A stretch of DNA of 25,177 bases from a virus. Lineage: Duplodnaviria > Caudoviricetes. The notes beneath the pieces are model-generated. The model did not search any database. It worked only from the letters and a program-made list of their open reading frames with translations, and was not told the DNA's origin. Both the position numbers and the translations under genes were made by a program. Position 1 is the first letter of the stretch; every line of letters starts with the position of its first letter. Positions 9,730 to 19,643 of this stretch are shown here, piece after piece. The stretch is from IMG/VR virus record IMGVR_UViG_3300032330_000297, positions 1-25,177 of that record; one strand, given 5' to 3'.

Positions 9730-10635
9730 ATGTCATATACCATGCTCGAATTAGTCCAGCAAGTTACCGCTGAACTAAACTTAGCCGTTCCAACTTATGT
9801 GCAAGGAAATACCAGCCAAGATGTGCAACAAGTCTTGGCCTTGATGAATCGCGCAGGTTATGACTTGGTTAAGGAGCATGATTGGCAGGCTTTAGAACTA
9901 GAGTATCGGTTCTACACTAATGCAATAACCACGACCTGCAACACTACGAATGGTTCTTATCTATTAAACAACATTCCTAGTACCGCAGGTCTGGACAGCA
10001 ATTACTCTATTGTTGGCACAAATGTTCCGCAAGATACTTATGTAGATAATGTTATTGATTCATTTAGTTTGACTTCTAGTCAAAAATCATCAGCAACATC
10101 GGTAGGTCAATCAGTTACTTTTAGCAGAACTATTTATCCATTACCGCCTGATTACGAAACTATTACCGATAACACGCATTGGGATAAAACAAAACATTGG
10201 CAAATGCTTGGCCCTGTTGATGCACAACAATGGCAATGGCTTAAATCTGGTTATATCTCAACAGGCCCAAGGGTACGCTGGCGTATTCTAGGTGGCAAAT
10301 TTCAGATATGGCCACCATACAACACACAAGAGTATTTAGGCTTTGAGTATCGTTCTAAAGGTTTTGTGCGTAGTTCTACAGATCAAGTAAAGAACAGCTT
10401 TACAGCCGACAATGACACAACTGTTTTGGACAATACTGTATTGGTATTAGCTACAAAGCTAAAGTATTTCCAAATCAAGAACTTTGATACTACTGCACTG
10501 CAACAAGATTATATGCGTTACCTAAACATTGCTAAAGCCAATGACAAGGGTTCTGCTACCCTATCTTTTGCACCGCAACCAAGTGCCGTGCTTATCGGCT
10601 GGGCAAATATTCCTGATACTGGTTATGGAAGCTAA
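9730..10635 (+). CDS. Head-tail adaptor / tail tubular protein A-like
   Basis: 301 aa; helical N-terminus with HDWQAL, YPLPPDY, helical C-terminus; synteny before the nozzle gene. Confidence 0.7.
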   Translation: MSYTMLELVQQVTAELNLAVPTYVQGNTSQDVQQVLALMNRAGYDLVKEHDWQALELEYRFYTNAITTTCNTTNGSYLLNNIPSTAGLDSNYSIVGTNVPQDTYVDNVIDSFSLTSSQKSSATSVGQSVTFSRTIYPLPPDYETITDNTHWDKTKHWQMLGPVDAQQWQWLKSGYISTGPRVRWRILGGKFQIWPPYNTQEYLGFEYRSKGFVRSSTDQVKNSFTADNDTTVLDNTVLVLATKLKYFQIKNFDTTALQQDYMRYLNIAKANDKGSATLSFAPQPSAVLIGWANIPDTGYGS

Positions 10636-10637
10636 TT

Positions 10638-12638
10638 ATGGCAGTCCCACAAAAGAGAAATGCCGTAACTGCCTCGATTACAGCACCTATAGGCGGTTGG
10701 AACGCAAGGGATTCTATTGCCCAGATGCCGCCTACGGATGCGGTAACTCTTAATAACTTTTACCCTACCCCTACTGATGTCCAGTTAAGGCTAGGTTACA
10801 CAAGATATAGTCAACTAACCACCACCACAGGTGTAGTAGCTATTTCTACTATTACCCGTGTTGAAACTTTAGCTACGCTGACTACAGCTTCTGCTCATGG
10901 TTTGACTACAGGTAGAAAAGTATCTATTACTGGTACAACACCTGCTACTTTCAGCGGCATTTATACAATTACAGTAACTAGCGCTACTCAGTTTACTTAC
11001 ACAATGGCTACAGTCCCTAGCGGAAACGCTACTGTTGTTGGGGTGTATGCAATTGGTCTTACTAGCCAAGTAAATACTGTAATGAACTACGCAGGGCCTA
11101 CTTCTCAAAAATTGTTTGCCGCTACTGGCACAAAAATATACAACACCGACACAAACCCAGCAACTGAATCGCTTACAGGCATAACTAACGATAAATTTCA
11201 GTATGTCAACATTTCAAACGCTGGCGGTAACTTCTTATCCGCAGTAAATGGCGCTGATCCAGCTTTAATTTACAACGGTACAGAATGGGTCAGAATAGCA
11301 AGTAGCACGGCTACAGTCGGTATAACTACACTTACCCGTGTAGGCACATTGGCTACAGCAACTACATCCGCTCCGCATGGATTGATTACTGGCAACCAGA
11401 TTACCGTTATCGGTTGCACTCCTGCCGCATTTAATGGCACATTTGTTATTACTAGAACTGGTGCAAACACATTTACCTATGTAATGGCTTCAACTCCTGC
11501 AAGCGATGCTACTGTTATCGGCACTTACAGCATTGCTTTAGCAATTACTGGCGTTGATTCTTCTGATTTAGTTCATGTAAACCTGTTTAAAAACAGACTG
11601 TATTACACGCAAAAAAACAGCATGAAAGTCTGGTATTTACCAGTTAACTCTATTGCTGGTGCGGCTTCTCCCCTAGATTTTGGTGGCATTGCCCGTAACG
11701 GTGGCTTTATTCAAGCTATGGGTACTTGGACTATTGATGCAGGACAGGGCGTAGATGATTACGCAGTCTTTGTAACCAATATGGGTGAAGTTATTGTATT
11801 TAACGGTACAGACCCTAGTGACCCTTTAGCTTGGGCATTAAAAGGTGTATGGCAATTAGGTTTTATATTTAGCCGTAGATGTATGTTCAAGTTTGGTGGC
11901 GATCTTCTATTGCTTACTCAAGATGGTTTAGTGCCACTAGCTTCTGCATTGCAATCTAGCCGTTTAGACCCTAGGGTTAACCTTACCGATAAAATATTCT
12001 TTGCCATTAGCCGTGAAGCTGATCTTTATTCTGCTAACTTTGGCTGGCAGATCATTTATTACGCCAAACAAAATATGCTGTTAATCAACATTCCATCGTC
12101 TGATGGGGTTCAGCAATTTGTAATGCACACTATTAGCAAGGCATGGGCAAGTTTTAGCGGCATCAGCGCTACTTGTTTTGAATTGCAATACGATGACCTA
12201 TATTTTGGTGGTGCAGGCTTTGTAGGCCAATATTGGAACGGTTATAGCGATGATGGGGGCAATATCAACGCATCCGTACAGCAAGCCTATAGCTATTTTG
12301 AAGCATTAGGACAGCTAAAACGCTTTACTTTGGTTCGCCCAATTATCCAGACAGATAATGGTTTTCCCTCAGTTTTATGCGGTATTAACACCGATTTTGA
12401 TTACCAAAATCAAGTAGGGCAAATTGCTTTTAACCCATCAAACACCAGTTTAGGTACTTGGGATAATGCTTTATGGGATCAACAAACATGGGGCGGTTAT
12501 TTGAGTATTAACCGTATTTGGCAGGGCGTTACAGGATTAGGCTTTTCTGCTGGTATTAATATGAGTATGGCCTCCCAAGGTATTGATGTGCATTGGGTAT
12601 CTACCGATTATGTGATGGAAAGAGGTGGCGTTCTTTGA
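10638..12638 (+). CDS. Tail nozzle / tubular protein B-like (P22 gp10-type position) with two inserted repeat domains
   Basis: 666 aa; APIGGWNARD N-terminus, beta-propeller-like composition (FKNRLYY), WD...WD...WG near the C-terminus. Confidence 0.7.
   Translation: MAVPQKRNAVTASITAPIGGWNARDSIAQMPPTDAVTLNNFYPTPTDVQLRLGYTRYSQLTTTTGVVAISTITRVETLATLTTASAHGLTTGRKVSITGTTPATFSGIYTITVTSATQFTYTMATVPSGNATVVGVYAIGLTSQVNTVMNYAGPTSQKLFAATGTKIYNTDTNPATESLTGITNDKFQYVNISNAGGNFLSAVNGADPALIYNGTEWVRIASSTATVGITTLTRVGTLATATTSAPHGLITGNQITVIGCTPAAFNGTFVITRTGANTFTYVMASTPASDATVIGTYSIALAITGVDSSDLVHVNLFKNRLYYTQKNSMKVWYLPVNSIAGAASPLDFGGIARNGGFIQAMGTWTIDAGQGVDDYAVFVTNMGEVIVFNGTDPSDPLAWALKGVWQLGFIFSRRCMFKFGGDLLLLTQDGLVPLASALQSSRLDPRVNLTDKIFFAISREADLYSANFGWQIIYYAKQNMLLINIPSSDGVQQFVMHTISKAWASFSGISATCFELQYDDLYFGGAGFVGQYWNGYSDDGGNINASVQQAYSYFEALGQLKRFTLVRPIIQTDNGFPSVLCGINTDFDYQNQVGQIAFNPSNTSLGTWDNALWDQQTWGGYLSINRIWQGVTGLGFSAGINMSMASQGIDVHWVSTDYVMERGGVL
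10842..11537 (+). repeat. Two ~72-aa internal repeats (10842-11057 and 11322-11537) in the nozzle gene
   Basis: TITRVETLATLTTASAHGLTTG...FSGIYTIT...FTYTMA versus TLTRVGTLATATTSAPHGLITG...FNGTFVIT...FTYVMA; 480 nt apart, in frame. Confidence 0.9.
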
Positions 12639-13078
12639 GGCAAGTCACTACTGACAATCAAAGATATATGGGCGATTGGCTGGTTCGTTTAATGAACCAT
12701 CCGTTACCTGAGGAAACAGTATGTATAGGTCAAGAAATAGACGGTAATTTAGTGGCAGTAGTAGGATTTGCTAGTTTTATGCCAAAAGCGTGTCAAATGC
12801 ACATTGCGGCAGTAGATGAAGTCAATTGGATGAGTAGAGATTTATTGTGGGCGGCTTTCGATTATCCCTTTAATAAACTTGGAGTTAGCGTTATACTAGG
12901 GCAAATTTGTGCAGATAATGAATCTGCCCTAAAATTAAACCGACACCTTGGTTTTAAAGTAATAGCCGAAATCCCTGATGCTCACATGGATGGTGATTTA
13001 GTGATTATGGCTATGAGGCGTGAAGATTGTCGATGGCTCGACATCAAATGCCCTTTAAGAACAGTAAAAGGAGAATGA
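12635..13078 (+). CDS. GNAT-fold acetyltransferase-like protein
   Basis: AAFDYPFNKLGV...DNESALKLNRHLGF (RimJ/RimL-type motif); start revised to TTG 12635 (TTGA overlap, SD GAGGTGG). Confidence 0.8.
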   Translation: MRQVTTDNQRYMGDWLVRLMNHPLPEETVCIGQEIDGNLVAVVGFASFMPKACQMHIAAVDEVNWMSRDLLWAAFDYPFNKLGVSVILGQICADNESALKLNRHLGFKVIAEIPDAHMDGDLVIMAMRREDCRWLDIKCPLRTVKGE

Positions 13079-13079
13079 C

Positions 13080-14132
13080 ATGGGTGGTGGTGGATTTTTA
13101 GGATTAGGGCCTGCGCCAAGTGCGCCAGCCGCACCTAATTACAGTCAACTTGCAAAAGATACAGCCGCAAGTAACTTGCAAGCCGCACAAACGGCTACTG
13201 CCGCCAATCGTGTAAACCAAATTACTCCTTACGGTAATTTAACTTATTCCGAAACTGGCACAGATTCCCAAGGAAATCCAACTTGGACAGCCAATACAAG
13301 CCTTTCTGATGTAGGCCAAAGTTTATTAAATAATCAAAACCAAGCCAGTTTAGGTCTTGGTTCTACCATTAATTCAGCTTTAGGCCGCACACAAAACATG
13401 ATGGGGCAGGGATTTAACCCTAACCTACCATCTACAGGATTTAATGCTGGTCAGACTTACCAAGATGCTTATATGCAACGCCTTGCTCCGCAAATTGAGC
13501 AAAGCCGTGAATCTACAATGGCACAACTAGCAAATCAAGGTATTGTGCAAGGCACAAAAGCCTATGACAACGCTATGCGTACACAGGCAATGAGAGAAAA
13601 CGATTTATTGTTGGGTGCAACTACTCAAGGTTTTGGCGTTGGTTCACAAGCCAATCAGCAAGCATTTAACCAAGAACTCACAAAATACAATTTGCCACTT
13701 AATACATTAAGTGCATTGCGTTCTGGGGCGCAAGTTCAAAACCCATCATTTGTTAACTCTGCAAATCAAGCTAATACAAGTGGTGCTGATTTTCTAGGTG
13801 CTGGTCAGATGGGCTACAACGCCCAAATGGGTGACTTTAACGCTAAACAAGCGGCACAGCAAAACTTAAATAGTGGTTTATTTAGTCTTGCTGGTTCAGC
13901 AATGTTGTCTGATGTTCGCACTAAAGAAAACATTGTAGCAATCGGTACTTTACCTAATGGTTTACCGTTTTACCAGTTTGAATATAAGCCTGAGTTTAAA
14001 GATTACCCATTAGCAGGACATGGAACGCACACAGGCGTGATGGCACAAGAAGTTCAAGCCTTTATGCCAGAAGCTATTATTACCCTTAAAAACGGCTATT
14101 TAGCCGTAGATTACGGAAAACTAAATGCTTAA
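13080..14132 (+). CDS. Internal virion/DNA pilot protein with C-terminal peptidase S74 (intramolecular chaperone) domain
   Basis: 350 aa, Q/N/A/G-rich; SDVRTKENI...GVMAQEVQ..MPEAI...GYLAVDY. Confidence 0.75.
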   Translation: MGGGGFLGLGPAPSAPAAPNYSQLAKDTAASNLQAAQTATAANRVNQITPYGNLTYSETGTDSQGNPTWTANTSLSDVGQSLLNNQNQASLGLGSTINSALGRTQNMMGQGFNPNLPSTGFNAGQTYQDAYMQRLAPQIEQSRESTMAQLANQGIVQGTKAYDNAMRTQAMRENDLLLGATTQGFGVGSQANQQAFNQELTKYNLPLNTLSALRSGAQVQNPSFVNSANQANTSGADFLGAGQMGYNAQMGDFNAKQAAQQNLNSGLFSLAGSAMLSDVRTKENIVAIGTLPNGLPFYQFEYKPEFKDYPLAGHGTHTGVMAQEVQAFMPEAIITLKNGYLAVDYGKLNA

Positions 14133-14415
14133 TCCATACATTACTAATGTAAACCCGTATTTTGCACAGCAAGATCAAGAAGGTTTGATGCCTGTATTTC
14201 AAAACATTGGAAATCAACAAGCCAATCAACAGGCGGCACTTGCACAGCAAAACCAATTAGTACAGCAAGCTGGTCAGACAGGGCAACAAGGTGGCATGAA
14301 CCCTATGGCTATGGCAATGGCTTTGCGTAAAAAAGACCCAAGGAAGCCTGCAACTGTTACAGACTACAGTCAACCAATGCCAGTAGATTCAGCTTATAAC
14401 TACGCAGGGTATTAA
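14125..14415 (+). CDS. Small Gln-rich putative internal virion protein
   Basis: 96 aa, Q/N/M-rich; within the ejection-protein cluster. Confidence 0.55.
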   Translation: MLNPYITNVNPYFAQQDQEGLMPVFQNIGNQQANQQAALAQQNQLVQQAGQTGQQGGMNPMAMAMALRKKDPRKPATVTDYSQPMPVDSAYNYAGY

Positions 14416-14417
14416 TC

Positions 14418-15686
14418 ATGGCTGATATGGGAACACTTACTCCAGAACAAATGTTGCAACAGCAACAGATTTTACGCCAGCAAAAAATGGCTGAAATGCT
14501 TGTGCAACAAGGTATGCAACAACCGCAAGGTCAAATGGTTAGCGGTCGTTATGTTGCCCCTTCATTTACCCAAAACCTTGCTGGTTTAGCCAATGTTTAT
14601 TTTGGTCAAAAAGGTATTGATAAAGCCAATCAAGCACAAATAGACTTAGCAAAACAGTTAAGAGCAGACGAAACTTCTGCTATGGCTGATTTTCTTCAGC
14701 AAAAACAAGGTAAACCTGCTGAAATGTACCCAGCCCAAGCTGGTCCAATGCCTACTGGCGGCAATATTCCATTACAAGAATCCGCGCCTGCTGTTGCACC
14801 AAATCCGCAAGCGGCTTATGCAAGTCTGTACGCAAATCCAAAAGCATCTGCCGCACAAAGAAATTTAGCTTTTACAAAAATGAACGCTGAACCTGAATCG
14901 TTTACTTTATCTGAAGGAGCTGTTCGTTTTGAAAAACAACCTGATGGAACTACAAAACAAGTAGCCGCAGGAGTTAAAAAACCTATTCAAATTGATACTG
15001 GAACTGCTATTGAGTTCCGTGACCCAGATAATATTGGCAAAGTTTTACAAAGAATTCCTAAGTCGCAAATGCCTACTGCTGGTCAGGTTTATGAAAGTGC
15101 TGAAGGCCCATTGTTAATAAATACAAAGGCAGGTACTGCAACGCCTTTGATGATTAACGGCCAAACAATTTCACCTAAATTAACTGCTGAACAATCAAAA
15201 GACATTACAGCAGTTAATCAACAAAGAGCAACAATTGATGGCGCTATTGCTGATGTCAAGAAAAATAAATCAGCGTTTAGTTTTGGTCGTGGGTTGGCTC
15301 AAAATGCTCCTTATGGCGAATCAATTGCAGGTAGATTTGAAAAACCTGAAGATACGCAAACCCGTGCTTATGTATTTAACAATGTGTCATCTGTAATTAA
15401 AGAACGTGCAGGTACAGCCCAAAGCGCACAAGAATTGCAAAGACTTAATTCTTTCTTACCAGCCACAACTGATAACGCTGACCAAATCGTTGCTAAATTA
15501 GATGGATTCAAAAAATATTTAAACGACTTTGAAAAAGGTACAAGAGTATCTCCGTCTGCTAAACCTGAAACCCAGCAATCAAATTCATTTTCAAGTGAAG
15601 CCGATGCCCAAAAAGCATTTAGCGCAGGAAAGTTAAAAGCAGGACAAAAAATTACCATTAACGGTGTTAGCGGAACTTGGCAATAA
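14418..15686 (+). CDS. Putative DNA ejection (internal virion) protein
   Basis: 422 aa; Q-rich N-terminus with QMVSGRYVAPS, helical C-terminus; synteny. Confidence 0.65.
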   Translation: MADMGTLTPEQMLQQQQILRQQKMAEMLVQQGMQQPQGQMVSGRYVAPSFTQNLAGLANVYFGQKGIDKANQAQIDLAKQLRADETSAMADFLQQKQGKPAEMYPAQAGPMPTGGNIPLQESAPAVAPNPQAAYASLYANPKASAAQRNLAFTKMNAEPESFTLSEGAVRFEKQPDGTTKQVAAGVKKPIQIDTGTAIEFRDPDNIGKVLQRIPKSQMPTAGQVYESAEGPLLINTKAGTATPLMINGQTISPKLTAEQSKDITAVNQQRATIDGAIADVKKNKSAFSFGRGLAQNAPYGESIAGRFEKPEDTQTRAYVFNNVSSVIKERAGTAQSAQELQRLNSFLPATTDNADQIVAKLDGFKKYLNDFEKGTRVSPSAKPETQQSNSFSSEADAQKAFSAGKLKAGQKITINGVSGTWQ

Positions 15687-15687
15687 T

Positions 15688-17316
15688 ATGGCATTTATAC
15701 CTGATACTCAGCAAGCCCCACGCTTTGTCCCTGATGAGGTAGTAGCACCCTCATCAACGAACTACGCTGGCCCAGTTATTCAAGAAAACCCAGTTTGGGA
15801 ATCTAATGCTGGTGGTGCGGCTTTTGGTAAACCAAGAATGGTTAATCGCACTAATGTTCAAGATCAACCTAGGCCTTTAGAATCTGCTCTAGCTGGCATG
15901 ACAAAGTCTGCTGTTGATCCAATTGTTGCAGGCGCACAATTAGCAACAGGCGGCAATTTAGGAACAAGCCAATTAGCACAAAACTTAGATAAGCAGGCTG
16001 ATGTTTACTACAATGCAAACCCAGTTTCGTATATTGCTGGTCGTGTAGGCGGTGCTGTTGCTCCTGCTTCAGTCGTTACTAAGGGTGCTGGGATGATTCC
16101 TAGCTTTGCCCGTGCCAATCCAATAGTGCAAGGTGCGGCTTTAGGTACTACTTCAGCGTTAATGACCCCTACTAACACGGGTGAAACTGGCTCAGATTTA
16201 TATAAAAATGTTGGTCAAAATGTTGCGCTTGGCACGGTTTTAGGTGGTGCTATTCCTGCGGCTGGTCAATTGCCATCTATGTTGCGTGGTAAACAGCCCA
16301 GCCAACAAATGGTTGATGCCATTACTAAAGCAAGAGATCTAGGTTATGTAATACCGCCAACCCAAGCTAACCCTAGTGCGCTTAATCGGTTTATGGAAGG
16401 CGTTGCTGGAAAAATTAGCACGGCTCAAAACGCTAGTGCTAGAAACCAAGAAATTACTAACAAATTGGCCGCTAAAGCATTAGGATTAGCTGACGATACA
16501 GCAATTACTCCGCAAGTATTGGCAGATTTACGCTCTACAGCAGGAGATGCTTACAAAAATTTAGGTCTTTCAGGTCAAGTAATAACTGACAAATCTTATT
16601 TAAACGCTTTGGATGATATTGCCAAGCCATTTGTTGTTGCATCAAAAGGCTTTCCTAATGCAACGCCAAGCCCAGTTTTGGATTTGGTTGAATCTTTAAA
16701 ATCACCTAGCTTTGATGCTACTGCCGCTATTGAAAAAGTAAGACAACTAAGAACTGCCGCTGATGACGCATTTAGAAGCGGAAATACAGATGTAGCAAGA
16801 GCATCTAAAAGTGCCGCAACTGCAATTGAAAACGCATTAGAAGGGCATTTATCTAAGACAAATCAAACTGATCTTTTAAATAAGTTCAGAGATGCCCGTC
16901 AGTTAATAGCTAAGACTTATTCTGTTGAAAAAGCCGCTAACCCAACTACTGGAACTATTGATGCTAAAAAATTAGCCGCCCAATTACAGCGTGGCAAACC
17001 TTTATCTAAAGAATTAAAAGATATTGCACAGTTTAGCCAAGCATTTCCAAAAGCAAGTCAAACAACAGAAGCTATGGGTAGCTTGCCACAATTAAGCCCA
17101 TTGGATTATGCCGCTGGATTAATTGGTGGAGTAAGCACAGGTGGTGCTGGTGCTGGGGCTATTTTGGCTAGACCAGCATTAAGGGCAATTGCATTATCTT
17201 CTCCTGTTCAAAATCGTTTATTACCAAACACGGCCGCACCATTTTTAACGCCTGACCAGCGTAACTTGTCAAGACTATTAACATTACAGGGCGTACAAGG
17301 AGTAACAAATGAGTAG
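15688..17316 (+). CDS. Putative DNA ejection (internal virion) protein
   Basis: A/G-rich hydrophobic segments plus a helical core; start revised to ATG 15688, just after the upstream stop. Confidence 0.65.
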   Translation: MAFIPDTQQAPRFVPDEVVAPSSTNYAGPVIQENPVWESNAGGAAFGKPRMVNRTNVQDQPRPLESALAGMTKSAVDPIVAGAQLATGGNLGTSQLAQNLDKQADVYYNANPVSYIAGRVGGAVAPASVVTKGAGMIPSFARANPIVQGAALGTTSALMTPTNTGETGSDLYKNVGQNVALGTVLGGAIPAAGQLPSMLRGKQPSQQMVDAITKARDLGYVIPPTQANPSALNRFMEGVAGKISTAQNASARNQEITNKLAAKALGLADDTAITPQVLADLRSTAGDAYKNLGLSGQVITDKSYLNALDDIAKPFVVASKGFPNATPSPVLDLVESLKSPSFDATAAIEKVRQLRTAADDAFRSGNTDVARASKSAATAIENALEGHLSKTNQTDLLNKFRDARQLIAKTYSVEKAANPTTGTIDAKKLAAQLQRGKPLSKELKDIAQFSQAFPKASQTTEAMGSLPQLSPLDYAAGLIGGVSTGGAGAGAILARPALRAIALSSPVQNRLLPNTAAPFLTPDQRNLSRLLTLQGVQGVTNE

Positions 17317-17971
17317 AAACGGATCGGGTACATATTCCCTACCTGCTGGTAATCCAGTAGTAACCAATACAACAATTAGTTCTACTTGGGCTAATACAAC
17401 CCTTGCTGATATTGCTACCGCATTGACAGGAAGTCTAGCCGCAGACGGTCAAACAACTGCTACTGGCAACCTGCAAATGGGCAATAACAAAATTGTTAAC
17501 TTGGATGACGGTACAAACCCTGCTGATGCAGTTAATTACGGTCAACTGTTAGCGGCTGTTGGTGGTACTGGAAAAGTTATTCAAACGGCTGTCGGTACAT
17601 CTGGCGCGGCATATTCGACATCTACTAGCTATGTAACAACAGGTTTAACTGTTTCAATCACGCCTACTTCAAATACTAGCAAAATCCTTATCCTTACCCA
17701 CGCTATGATGTGGCAGACCAATGCTTATGCTAGTGGAAACTCATATACCGCACTTTTTCGCAATGGTGCAAACCTTGTTACTGGTGCTGATTGGACAATT
17801 ACTGCTGGTCAACCACAATATTCAGCTATTGCAATTACCCACTTAGATAGCCCAGCAACCACTTCTGCCGTTACTTATGCTGTTTATTTTAGAAATGATA
17901 GCGGTGGTAATGCGGCATTTAACAGCGGTGGTAACGCAGGCTCAATTATTGCTTTGGAGATTACAGCATGA
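17309..17971 (+). CDS. Short tail fibre/spike
   Basis: 220 aa; MSRNGSGTYSLP...IATALTGSLAADGQT anchor, NKIVNL.DGT.P.DAVNYGQL motif, C-terminal SITPTS..SKIL...LDSPATTSAVTY domain. Confidence 0.75.
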   Translation: MSRNGSGTYSLPAGNPVVTNTTISSTWANTTLADIATALTGSLAADGQTTATGNLQMGNNKIVNLDDGTNPADAVNYGQLLAAVGGTGKVIQTAVGTSGAAYSTSTSYVTTGLTVSITPTSNTSKILILTHAMMWQTNAYASGNSYTALFRNGANLVTGADWTITAGQPQYSAIAITHLDSPATTSAVTYAVYFRNDSGGNAAFNSGGNAGSIIALEITA

Positions 17972-18351
17972 TTACAACAATTGGTTACCCACAAGCATTG
18001 GTTGCATTAGCGCCAGATGCACAATTTTCAATGACGAATGTGCTTGATTACAATACTTTGGCTTGGTATTCGCAAGGGATTCCTATTCCTACACAAGCTG
18101 AATGTGATGCTGAAATTGTTGTTCTACAGGCACAAGAGCCATTAAATCTATGTAAAGAGCAAGCCAGCAAGTTGTTGTATGAAACCGATTGGACAACTAT
18201 TCCTGATGTTGCCAATTCTGCTGTTTCAAATCCGTACTTGCTAAATCCTTCTGATTTTGCCGCTTACCGTAGCCAATTGCGCCAGCTTGCAGTTTATCCT
18301 GTTGCTGACCCTGTATGGCCTACAAAACCTGCTACTCAATGGAGTGCATGA
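17968..18351 (+). CDS. Tail fibre assembly chaperone
   Basis: 127 aa; LLYETDWTTIPD...AYRSQLR...VWPTKP motif; ATGA-coupled to the fibre gene. Confidence 0.7.
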   Translation: MITTIGYPQALVALAPDAQFSMTNVLDYNTLAWYSQGIPIPTQAECDAEIVVLQAQEPLNLCKEQASKLLYETDWTTIPDVANSAVSNPYLLNPSDFAAYRSQLRQLAVYPVADPVWPTKPATQWSA

Positions 18352-18560
18352 TGTCAACAGAAATTGATCTCTTTAAATACGGTCAACTGGTAGCACAAGT
18401 AGATGCTATGGAAAAGAAAATAGATAAGCTAGAAAGCGGTATGGAACAGCTTTTGGAATTAGCCAATAAAGGTCGTGGTGGATTTTGGGCAGGAATGGTA
18501 ATTGTTTCCGCTTTATCTACCTTTATTGGTTTCATAAGCCATTATGTGACAAGCAAATGA
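18351..18560 (+). CDS. Coiled-coil plus single-TM membrane protein (holin/XhlA-like)
   Basis: Coil followed by GGFWAGMVIVSALSTFIGFI; start at ATG 18348 or 18351 after SD GGAG. Confidence 0.6.
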   Translation: MSTEIDLFKYGQLVAQVDAMEKKIDKLESGMEQLLELANKGRGGFWAGMVIVSALSTFIGFISHYVTSK

Positions 18561-18925
18561 TTTTAGAAACCGTTATTGGGGCATTAATTCCCGTTGGCAT
18601 TGACGGGATTAAAAGCCTTATTGGGATGGTTACAGGGGGCGTAAAGCCTATTTCTGTAGATGAGCAGATCAAGCTAGACCAAAACGATATAAACAAGCTA
18701 CAAGCCATTGCCGCGCTAGATAACCCCTACGGTACACCTAGCCAATGGGTAATCGATTTAAGAGCTTCTAGCCGCTATTTAGGGGCATTGTTTGTAATTA
18801 CAATGGGTATCAGTACATTGTTTATTTCTGTAACTCCAGAAATACAAAGAATTGGCGTTGAAGCCGCAAATATAGCGTTTGGATTCCTATTTGGAACACG
18901 CATTATGGCTAACCTTAAAAAATGA
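18557..18925 (+). CDS. Putative holin (3-TM type)
   Basis: Hydrophobic N-terminus, WVIDLRASSR then TM segments ending FGFLFGTR; directly before the endolysin; ATGA overlap at 18557. Confidence 0.7.
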   Translation: MILETVIGALIPVGIDGIKSLIGMVTGGVKPISVDEQIKLDQNDINKLQAIAALDNPYGTPSQWVIDLRASSRYLGALFVITMGISTLFISVTPEIQRIGVEAANIAFGFLFGTRIMANLKK

Positions 18926-19341
18926 TTAATAGCCGCTCATTAGATGAACTTACGCCCCCAGCCAAAGGGCGCGTAGAACAATTCTTACAACTTTGCAAAG
19001 AGAATGACATAGATCTATTAGTTACTTCTACTTATCGCGATCACGAATCACAACAGGCTTTGTACGAACAAGGTAGGACTACAGCAGGAAAGGTGGTTAC
19101 TAATGCTAAAGCTGGCGATTCTTGGCATAACTGGCGTTGTGCTATCGATGTTGTACCCCTCATTAACGGTAAGCCTAATTGGGATGGCTCTGATCCTGTA
19201 TGGACTAAAATCGGGGAACTAGGGGAGCAAGCAGGATTAGAATGGGCTGGCAGGTGGAAAACATTTAAAGAGTTAGCCCACTTTCAATATACTGGTGGAC
19301 TAACCCTGACTGATCTTAAAGAAGGCAAGCAGATCGCTTAA
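18922..19341 (+). CDS. Endolysin, peptidase M15 (L-Ala-D-Glu peptidase type)
   Basis: R...QQALYEQGRT...VTNAK.G.SWHN...AID...LEWAGRW...AHFQ with His/Asp/His zinc ligands. Confidence 0.92.
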   Translation: MINSRSLDELTPPAKGRVEQFLQLCKENDIDLLVTSTYRDHESQQALYEQGRTTAGKVVTNAKAGDSWHNWRCAIDVVPLINGKPNWDGSDPVWTKIGELGEQAGLEWAGRWKTFKELAHFQYTGGLTLTDLKEGKQIA

Positions 19342-19643
19342 AAAGGGGCGTAGCTGTCATTGTGGTAGCTAACCTTACGCACCCTAAATTGAAACAATTG
19401 CTCATGTTCTGGGAACTCTTTAGCAAACTTCCTAGCGTAGTGACTAATCCAACCGTCATCTATCTTAAAGTCCCCAGTATTACCTATGGCCGTTTCCCAG
19501 CGTACTCTATGGAATACGCATTTAGCTGAAAAGTATTGCCGCCTTGATGCGACCTGCAAAGAGAACTTTTTAAACATCAACCAGATGTCAGGGTTTTGAG
19601 CATCATATATTTCAAACTTTTCTTTAGTCCATTTGTTATTCAT
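19338..19643 (-). CDS. Hypothetical phage protein
   Basis: 101 aa; ATGA-coupled; stop overlaps the endolysin stop. Confidence 0.75.
   Translation of the reverse strand: MNNKWTKEKFEIYDAQNPDIWLMFKKFSLQVASRRQYFSAKCVFHRVRWETAIGNTGDFKIDDGWISHYARKFAKEFPEHEQLFQFRVRKVSYHNDSYAPF

Noticed and set aside
352-15694. Minus-strand and off-frame track ORFs within the late region (e.g. 352-540, 2755-3039, 5861-6187, 9055-9396, 10529-10753, 15368-15694)
   Set aside because: Shadow frames of well-supported genes, with no SD or recognisable motifs.
18348-18353. Holin/antiholin dual start
   Set aside because: Adjacent Met-Met with no intervening charged residue; explained by the ATGA overlap.
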